Below are positions 55,346-64,000 of a stretch of DNA of 64,000 nt, in pieces. The stretch comes from Eledone cirrhosa (lineage: Eukaryota), in NCBI GenBank assembly GCA_964016885.1, contig OZ024741.1:113398001-113462000 (forward strand), read 5' to 3'. Under the pieces are notes generated by a model. The model made no database searches and had not been told where the DNA came from. It saw nothing but the letters and a program-made list of their open reading frames with translations. The number at the start of each line of letters is the position of its first letter. Positions within the stretch are counted from its first letter, which is position 1. Made by a program: the position numbers and the translations under genes.

Positions 55346-55534
55346 GGGCGGTGGATTGGCAGTATCAGTAGAGGGTCGGACGCCATGCTTTCCAGCATAG
55401 TTACGTCCCTTTACAATCTGAGTTCAAATCCCGCTGAGGTTGACTTTGCCTTTCATCCTTACGGGGTCGATAAAATAAAGTACCAGTAATGCACTGGGTA
55501 TTTGGTGGCCTTGTGCCTAAAGTAGAAACAATTA
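55346..55534 (+). mobile_element. SINE family B (~190 bp); other copies at 3108-3297(-), 4652-4760(-), 9107-9263(+), 13391-13610(+), 20521-20705(-), 24838-25048(+), 33320-33455(-), 38261-38446(-), 43332-43436(-), 43562-43750(-)
   Basis: B box GAGTTCAAATCC; shared ...TTTGCCTTTCATCCTTACGGGGTCGATAAAATAAAGTACCAG...GGCCTTGTGCCTAAAGTAGAAACAATTA. Confidence 0.88.
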
Positions 55535-55537
55535 TAG

Positions 55538-55571
<34 letters not shown>

Positions 55572-55829
55572 CATGTGTGTGTGTGTGTATATGTGTATAC
55601 ATGTATTCATGTGTATATATATGCACGGGGACATAGATATAATTAGGCTGGATACCCAATTGCGCAGTTCAACCACTGGGAGTGAAGGACCCCTAGCCTT
55701 TGTCAGGCCAATCTTCTAGGAGAAGGCAACTCAGGAAACTGGGATAACTCTGACATAAAACCTGCGGCTCAGTAGTTACCAATGATGTTGATCTTTTCTT
55801 CTTTTTAGGTTATAGCTACTGTCACTCTG

Positions 55830-55883
<54 letters not shown>

Positions 55884-55887
55884 AGTA

Positions 55888-58800
55888 TCATCATCATCAT
55901 CATCATCATCGTTTAACGTCCGTATTCCACGCTTGCATGGGTTTGGACGGAGGGTTTTCCCACTTGAGGCAAGAGTGGTTATCTTGCTCGCATAGGACTA
56001 TCTGGAGGGTTTTCTACAGCTGGATGCCCTTCCTAACACCAACCACATTTACAGTGTGGGGCTGGGAGGTTTTTACCGTGTTGCCTACACGGCCACATTA
56101 CAGCGTGAACTGTGTGTTTTTTTGACGTGACACCTACACGATCTCATTTGTTTCGGCCTGGATGTTGTGGCACCAACATAACTTTACATTGAAAGGGGTG
56201 GTGTGGATGGGGTGGGGTGGTGGGACGGGGGTGTATTTTGTTAGAGATGCCTACTGACTGTAGTAGGTTTTACTTTGTATTTAGGTAAGGCGGGTTTTCT
56301 CTATTACTGAGTACCGCCAAAGGTCTCGGTCCAGTGACATTGTCTTGGTGAGGTGTAAGTGTGTGAGGTCGGAATTTATCAGCTCGTCCCAGGTTTTTCT
56401 GGGTCTGCCTATTCCGTGGCTACCGTCTATCTTTATTGCCCTGCACTTTGTTATACAGCTATCGTCCTTCATGCGCATCACGTGACCATACCAACGTAGC
56501 CTTCTCTCGAGTAAACAACATCTGATCCCTCTTATTTCTAATTTTTTCCTTAGTTCGTTTATGCTTTGCCGTTCACGTATATTACTATTACACATCCAGC
56601 GGAGCATGCAAGCTTCGTTTCTCTCTAGTCTGCGTATATCTTCTGCACACAATGCCCAGGTCTCACTGCCATGCAACATTGCTGTTCGTATGCAGGCATC
56701 GTACAACCTGCCTTTCATTTTTAGGGAGAACCCTTTAGCGGCTAATAGTGGTATGAGCTCTCTGAACTTTTTCCACCCAGTTCTGACTCTAGCTACTGTA
56801 CTTTCAGAGCACCCTCCCCCACTGCTGATTTTGTCACCCAGGTAACGGAAGCTGTCCACTATTTCTATAGAACCCTCTGCGCAGTTGAAAGAGCTAGTAT
56901 TTTTTGGGCACTTGCTGCTACTTATTGCCCCAGAACACCGGCCACATGTAAAATCTATGTTCTTAGTTAGCTTACCTGTGATCCCACTACATCTTTTATG
57001 TACCCAAACTTTGCATTTGGGACACAAAATGGAGTTTCTACCTACGCCTTTCCTACACTCTGAGCATGGCCACTTCCCGGAGGGGACCGCCACCTTATTT
57101 TCTTTCTTACAGACTAGAACTTTAGTCTTAGCCAGGTTAATTTTAAGGCCTTTTGATTCTAGGCCGTGCTTCCATGTTTGGAATTTCTTCTCTAGCTCGG
57201 CCATTGATTCAGCTATGAGCGTTAGATCATCTGCGTATAGGAGTTCCCATGGGCAGCCGGTCTTGAACTCCACTGTTATAGCCTGGAGGGCAATAATAAA
57301 TAGTAGGGGGCTAAGAACTGAGCCCTGATGAACACCAACTTTTACACTAAACTCTTCACTATATTCGTTGTTAATTCTAACCTTGCTGACTGTTTCTTTA
57401 TACATGGCTTCTATAGCTCTCACAAGCCATTCATCAACACCTAGTTTTCTAAGAGCCCACCAGATAATGGAACGGGGGACACTGTCGAAGGCTTTCTCCA
57501 AGTCGACGAAAGCTAAGTATAGGGGTTTACTTTTAGCTAGGTACTTCTCCTGTAGTTGTCGTACAATGAAAAGAGCGTCTGTGGTACTTTTTCCTGACAC
57601 AAACCCGAACTGCATTTCATCTAGATCAATTCGCTCTCTGATTAGTTGCGCTATTACTTTTTCCGTGACCTTCATGACCTGGTCGATTAATTTAATGCCT
57701 CTATAGTTACTCCTATCTAGGGCATCTCCTTTACCCTTATAACAGTTAACGATGATGCTGTTACGCCAGTCCTTCGGAACAGCCCCATTCTGTATGACTT
57801 GGTTGACTATCCAGGTGACCATGGTGTGTCCCACTGTACCAGATGCCTTCAGCATCTCGGCAACTATTTCCGAAGGCCCAGCCGTCTTACCCGTCTTCAT
57901 ATCTTTGATTGCCTTACTTATTATACTACCCTCGACTAACACTGCTGGTCCCTCTATTGGGTCGATGCGGGGGAGACTGTCTTTCTCCCATTTATTCTCC
58001 TCATTTAGTAGCCTTTCATAGTGACACTTCCAAGCTACCTTCTTATCAGCGTCGGTGATGGCAAGTACGCCGTCATCATTAAGTACACACTTCTCCCCGA
58101 CAATATCACTGTTTTCCTTGACACATTGCCTAGCAATGCTGAACACCTCACGTTTTTGGTCCTCGCGTTGTAGAACATGCTTGAACTTTCTTTCCTCTGC
58201 TTCCCTTCTTGCGAAGTACACTTGTCTCCTAGCTTCCCTCCTGGCCACTTGATAGTCTTCTCTACTTCCCCCATCCCGCCATACTTTCCAAGCCTGCTTT
58301 TTGGCCTTAATTGACCCCTCCACCTTACTGTTCCACCACCATGTTACTCTCCTCCTGCCAACAGGACTGCTCCAGCCACAGACTTCGTCTGTCGCCATCA
58401 GCAGGTTTGCTTTCAGAAATTCCCACTGTCCCTCTATATTGTCCGACTCTAAATGCTCTTCCTTACTGTCGAAAGCATCAAGTAATATGCTTTGAAATTT
58501 ATTTTTGGCTGTGGGGTCCTTTAGCTTCCATATTTTTCTCCTGAGGATAGTCCTCTTCTGTTGTCTAGTACGTCTCGTCCTGACTATTAGGTCGCTAATT
58601 ATCAGTCTATGTTGGAAGGTGCATTCTTCTTGGGGGAGGGATTTAGTGTTTACAACAGTCACTCTGTCACGTATTCTGGTAAGGATATAATCTACCTGGC
58701 TGGTATGTTCCCCTGATCTGTAGGTGATCAAGTGATTGTCTCATTTTTTGAAGTTAGTGTTGCAGATAGTTAGGTTATTTGCGTCACAGAATTCCAGGAT

Positions 58801-59050
58801 TCTGGAGCCTTCCTCATTTCTAGTACCAAACCCATAGCCTCCATGGATTTCGTCGTAGCCGTCACAATGTTGTCCAACGTGACCGTTTAGGTCGCCTGCA
58901 ATAATTATATAGTCACTGTCGGTTATTTGGGAGGTAGTGAGCATCAGTGTCTCATAGAATCTGTCTTTTATAGTGCTGGGCAGTCCGGATTGGGGTGCGT
59001 ACGCGGATATTACTGTCACCGTAGTTCTATTGAGGACAAGTCTTATTTTA
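55888..59050 (-). mobile_element. Near-complete RTE-clade LINE, 5'-truncated within the AP-endonuclease domain; long 3' UTR and (TGA)n tail
   Basis: EN motifs ISAYAPQ, IIAGDLNGHVG, SQVDYIL; RT motifs YRGIKL, QFGF, FVDLEKAFD, VHQGSVLSP, YADD; RTE C-terminus RRLRWYGHV...GRPRKTW; (CAT)n on + strand at ~55888-55910; both ends abut (TA)n. Confidence 0.95.
56281..58731 (-). CDS. RTE ORF (EN C-terminal part + reverse transcriptase + PHD-like finger), 816 aa; continues upstream in the same frame to ~59050 across one TGA at 58741-58743
   Basis: ORF track; the frame reads ...NTNFKK*DNHLITYRSG... Confidence 0.9.
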   Translation of the reverse strand: MITYRSGEHTSQVDYILTRIRDRVTVVNTKSLPQEECTFQHRLIISDLIVRTRRTRQQKRTILRRKIWKLKDPTAKNKFQSILLDAFDSKEEHLESDNIEGQWEFLKANLLMATDEVCGWSSPVGRRRVTWWWNSKVEGSIKAKKQAWKVWRDGGSREDYQVARREARRQVYFARREAEERKFKHVLQREDQKREVFSIARQCVKENSDIVGEKCVLNDDGVLAITDADKKVAWKCHYERLLNEENKWEKDSLPRIDPIEGPAVLVEGSIISKAIKDMKTGKTAGPSEIVAEMLKASGTVGHTMVTWIVNQVIQNGAVPKDWRNSIIVNCYKGKGDALDRSNYRGIKLIDQVMKVTEKVIAQLIRERIDLDEMQFGFVSGKSTTDALFIVRQLQEKYLAKSKPLYLAFVDLEKAFDSVPRSIIWWALRKLGVDEWLVRAIEAMYKETVSKVRINNEYSEEFSVKVGVHQGSVLSPLLFIIALQAITVEFKTGCPWELLYADDLTLIAESMAELEKKFQTWKHGLESKGLKINLAKTKVLVCKKENKVAVPSGKWPCSECRKGVGRNSILCPKCKVWVHKRCSGITGKLTKNIDFTCGRCSGAISSSKCPKNTSSFNCAEGSIEIVDSFRYLGDKISSGGGCSESTVARVRTGWKKFRELIPLLAAKGFSLKMKGRLYDACIRTAMLHGSETWALCAEDIRRLERNEACMLRWMCNSNIRERQSINELRKKLEIRGIRCCLLERRLRWYGHVMRMKDDSCITKCRAIKIDGSHGIGRPRKTWDELINSDLTHLHLTKTMSLDRDLWRYSVIEKTRLT

Positions 59051-59564
59051 ATTATATATAAGTATATATATATAAGTATATATATATGTATATATATATA
59101 TATACAGAGAGAGAGATACATATATTTGTGTGTGTGTTGAAATGGATTGAGGCGGTGCAGTCCCAATTGATTATAATTGGAAATAGACAGTGTGATGCGA
59201 GAAGAAAAATAACCTGATATTTGGTAGACATGTTGACAACTCTAAAACATATTTCAGTCTTATTAAATCTTCTCTCTGAACATGATTGAAGAATAAATCA
59301 AATAAATCAATCAAGATAAATAAAAATATAAAGGTTTGAGCTTAATAGTTCTCTGAATCTTGACTACTACCAAGTTAAAGAAATGCAAGTCATTTCATTG
59401 GAAGATGCAAGGTAGTCAGAAATTTTCGAAATTATTGTCAGTCGTTCTCCGATACTTTGAAAAAAAATTAATATTTGTTATTTCTTTGATTACCAATATT
59501 ATGAGGTGTTTAAAACCACGACACTATTTTTTACGATTATGGGGTTAGCAAAGAAAAAAAAAAA

Positions 59565-59606
<42 letters not shown>

Positions 59607-59967
59607 ATGTATGTATATATTACTTTCGCAATGAATCATATGATATAATCATTTCTTTTTCCGAAGAAAATATAATTTGTGTAAGTACATGTATAAATAT
59701 TTACATATGTTTTACAAGTATGTTTATAAAGTGTTGCAAGTGTATGCTTGCAAATACATCGATGACAGACTTCATAAACCTATATTTACGTTTTTCTGAA
59801 GAAAATTGGTACATTTCCAAGTAGTCAGTAAGAAATGTTATAAATAATTGTACTCCTTTGACAACTTAATGGTAGAAATATGCTTGCTAGGAGGATAACA
59901 TACAAATTCTACATCTGAAATATCTAATGTAAATAATAAAAAATATTTATAAATGTGTGTGAGTGTG

Positions 59968-60002
<35 letters not shown>

Positions 60003-60489
60003 TTGTATATGTATATGTTTGTGCATATACATGTATATATATGTATATATGTGTATATGTATATGTGTGTATATATGTATATATGTGTATATATGTGTAT
60101 ATATGTATATATGTTTATATATGTATATATGTGTATATGTATATATGTGTATATGTATATGTATCTATGTGTATATATATGTGTGTATATATATATATAT
60201 GTATATATATTTATATACATGTATGTGTGTATATATATATACTATACTATATATATACTATATGTATATGACTGTGCTCTTAAGGAGATTTATTCCCATT
60301 CATATAGTTAAGAGTTCACTTTGTGACACCTTAGGCAAGTGTCTTTTGTTATAGTCCCATGCTGACTGATGCCTTGTTAGTAAATTTCATAAGGGAAACT
60401 CCATGTGTGTGTGTATCTATCTATTATGTTGAAGGTTTTAGTCTTTATATCATGACTATGCTTTGAGTGATGCAAAAAAGAAAGAAGCA

Positions 60490-60975
60490 GTGAACTCCTG
60501 TTAAGAGAGATTATTGAATGTACATCCAACAAAGAGGCCAGCTATAAAATTTAACATCAATTAGAGAAGCCTGCTGAACCATATGGTATATTTACTGAGA
60601 TGCTTAAAACATCCAGCATGATAGGTTACAAGCCAGTCAGACATATAGTTAATCAAGTAGTACAGGATAGTGTCACACCCAATGACTAGCACAATTGTAT
60701 TATAGCAAACTGCTACAAGGTCTAAGGCGATGCACTAGAGAGAGATAACAACAGAGGTGTTAAATTGATGGGCCATTTCATGAAAGTTACTGAAACAGTT
60801 ATAGCATAACTGTTTTATGACAGAATCAAGTTAGATGAGATGCAGAGGTAGGGGTACTATTATATCTTCTTCTTTTTTGAGAAAACTGCAAGTGAGAGAA
60901 GTATTTCGCTAAGAGTAAGCCTCTGTACCTAGCATTTTTTTTTATCTAGAGAAGACCTTTCACAGGGACCTCTTC
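60490..60975 (+). mobile_element. Degenerate RTE RT-region fragment
   Basis: Nucleotide similarity to the EMLK...NCYKGKGDAL...LYLAF region of the intact copy. Confidence 0.7.
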
Positions 60976-61539
60976 ATTGTAACCCAGTATCATAGTCAAA
61001 TGCGCCCAGTACATTTTGTAAAGTGTTTGGTGTTAAGAATGGCTTTCAGTCATAGAAACCATGCAAAAAAGGGTTAAGAGGACCCTTCAATCATGGCACA
61101 TAAACATCTCTAGTGCTGTTGCCATGAACAATGTGCTCAGTACACACTGTAAAGTAGTTGGTGATAAGAAAGACATCCAGCTGTAGAAACCATACCAAGA
61201 GCAGGTTGAGAGGACTTTTCAGTTGCATTAATGGCACAACATCTCTAGTGTTGGTGCCATGATAAAACGCACTCTGTACATTCTGTAAGAAGTTTTTGGC
61301 ATTAGGAAGTGTATCCAGTTATAGAAACCAAGTCAAAATGGAATGTATGAGCAAGTCATGGTCACTTGACTTCTCTAGCATCAGTACTGGTAAACCCATC
61401 TAACTAATGCAAGCTTGAAAAATAGACATTAAACAGTGGCGATGTGATAAATATATATATACATATATATGTATACATACACATATATATATGTATATAT
61501 AATATATATGTATATATATAAATATAAATATATATATAT

Positions 61540-62090
61540 TGTGTGCAGAAGAGGAGATTACATTGGTATGGGCATGTGATGCCTATGAAGGCTGACAGCT
61601 GCATAAAAAGGTGCAGAGCACTAAAAGTCGATGGACGCCTTGGAGGGGGGGAGACCCAAGAAGGGATGAGGTGATAAAATCTGATCTTGTCCAATTGCAC
61701 CTCTCAAATGTGATGACAGAGGACTGAGACCTCTAGCATTACGCAGTAATACAGAAGACCCGACTTCCCATGGGTACAAGCCAAAGCCAAAGCATATAGA
61801 CAGTATGCCCCACCACCTCCAACTGTAATGTATAGGTGTCACGACAAAAAAGCACCCAGTCCACACTGTAAAGTGGTCGTGTAGACGCCATGGTAAAAAA
61901 GCACCCAGTACTCATTGTAAAGGAGGTTGGTGTTAGGGAGGGCATCCAGCTGTAGAAATCAAGCTAAAATCAGTTCTGTATGAATAAGACATGGTCACCT
62001 GACCTGGCATTGCCCACAACAGGACAACCCGTCTAACCCATGCTAGCATGGAAGAATGGACGTAAAACGGTGAGGATGATGATGATGATG
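61540..62090 (+). mobile_element. RTE 3' fragment with (GAT)n tail
   Basis: RRLHWYGHV; 3' UTR motif GGTGTTAGGGAGGGCATCCAGCTGTAGAAA. Confidence 0.8.
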
Positions 62091-62559
62091 TGGGTATGTG
62101 TGGGTGTGTGGTGAGAGAGAAAAAATATTTTGTAATATTATATATAACATTAATTTTTACCAGGAACCTTAAAAAGTTTTCTATGTTTTTCTGTTTCACA
62201 CAAAATTTCTTTGTCGATTGAATAAAATTCAGACATCAGTAATATTTCTTTTAACTTCATTAAATAGAATAAAATGAATGAAATATAGTGGAACAAATAC
62301 AAAAATTGATAATTACAAAAACACAATTTAAATATGAGTAATAATTAAATAAATTGTCGGATATAAACAGAATTAGGAGAAATGATAAATTAAATAAATT
62401 TCCAAACAAAAAAGATGAATTAAAAAAAAATATTAAAAAATGAACAGTAATAAAAGCAACAATCAATTTGTCTCGTAGAAGTTGTTAATAATATTGTTGT
62501 ATAGTCGTGATAGACATGGCCATGGGGCTTAGGAGTTCACTTTGTAAGCATGTTACACC

Positions 62560-64000
62560 TACTTTACAGTGGGGACTGAGGGATGTATGAAGGAGGTACT
62601 GGGGGATTGGTGAGGTGGATATAGGGTAGAGCACTTATCTGAAGAAGGGTGGAGTTATATGGACAGAGATGAAGGTGAATTAGGACGTGGATGGTGCATG
62701 GAAGGGGGAGGGATGTGGATGAAGGATGGGATTTAAAGTTAGATGTTAGGACATGGGAGATGTATGAAAGGAGGAGAGGAAAGTAGTGTATACAAGATGT
62801 ATGCTTCAACCCATGCACATAGGAAGCTGGTCTTCTGTATTACTGCATAACACTAGAGATATCAATCCTGTGTCATCGTATTTGAGAAGTACAATTGTGC
62901 AAGGTCAGCTTTTATCACTTCATCCTGAGTCTTCATTAACTTTGAGAGCCCTGCACTTTTTTTATACAGCTGTCATACTTCATATGCATCTGATACCTCA
63001 AGTTTCTCTGTCAGTTCATTTATGCTTTGTTCTTCATGTATATTACTATTACACAGCCACCGGAGAATGCCAGCTGCATTTCTTCCCAATCTTCACTGGA
63101 CCTCTGCACACAGCACCCAAGTCTCACTACCATGCAACAGTGATGTTCATATACATGCATCATACAATCTGCCCTTTATTTTGAGGGAAAAACCTTTTGA
63201 AGTTAGCAGCAGTAGTAGCTCTCTGAACTCTCTCCATCTCATTCTCACTCTGGCTACATTATTTTTGAACACCCATCTCCACTGCTAATTTGGTCGCCCG
63301 GGTAATAGAAACTATCATCTACCTCTACCAAGCCATCTGGGTATTTAAAGGAGCTAGTATCCTGTGGGCTCTTGCTACCTACTGCACCTGTGCAACAACC
63401 ACATATAAAATCTGTGATCTTTGCTAGCCTACCTGATATCCAACTACATCTCTTGTGTGCCCATATTTTGCAGGTGGAGCATAGGATGGAATTTCTACTC
63501 CTTCCTTTCCTGCACACTGAACAAGGCCATTTTCCCAAGGGAATCTGGGCCCTGTTTTCCTTTCTACATACTAGGACTTTGATCTTTGGCAAATTGACTT
63601 TAAGACCTTTTGATTCTCAGCTTTGCTTCCAGATTTGGAATTTCTTCTCTAGTTCTGCCATAGATTCAGCGATAAGGGTTAGATCATCTGCATACAGGGG
63701 TTGTCATGGGCAGCCAGTCTTAAACTTTCTGTTATAGCCTGCAGAATGATAATAAACTGTAAAGTGCTAAGAATGGAGCTTTGATGCAATCCTACCTGCA
63801 CACTAAATTTTTCACTGTAGTCGTTATTAATTCTAACCTTACAGACTGTTCCTCTATTCATGACATATACTGTCCTAACTAGCCACTCATCTACTCCTAA
63901 TTTTCTAAAAGACCACCAAATAATCCACAAATGCTAAGTAGATGGGTTTGCTTTTAGCTAGGTACTTCTCCTGCAGTTACATCACAAGGAAGAGAGTATC
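62560..64000 (-). mobile_element. Degenerate RTE LINE, runs off the window
   Basis: ORFs 63254-63592 and 63679-63930. Confidence 0.85.

Noticed and set aside
56561-58690. + strand ORFs overlapping the LINEs
   Set aside because: Antisense shadows of the RTE ORF

Overview
AT-rich, microsatellite-laden eukaryotic DNA, probably intergenic or intronic. The repeat families look cephalopod/octopus-like (inference). I found no supportable host protein-coding gene; most ORFs in the track are (TA)n/(CA)n/(TG)n artefacts. The window is a mosaic of: RTE-clade LINEs (one near-complete, 55888-59050, with a single in-frame stop and a PHD-type C4HC3 finger inserted after the RT core); tRNA-derived SINEs; hAT and piggyBac-type DNA elements; a Penelope-like GIY-YIG fragment; and a tRNA-Val(AAC)-like copy. 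The standout signal is about 22 type-I hammerhead ribozyme (HHR) motifs from roughly 11 sequence families, found by eye on both strands. Many sit in head-to-head fold-back palindromes. One family is a 429-bp tandem repeat with one minimal HHR per unit (retrozyme or newt-satellite-2-like). This repeat, a diverged sister family at ~900-1370 and an LTR-like element at 37430-37685 share an octamer (ATGCAAAT), then a TATA-like hairpin 38-39 nt later, then the HHR. Coordinates were read by eye and may be off by a few bases. No folding, search or activity assay was run.
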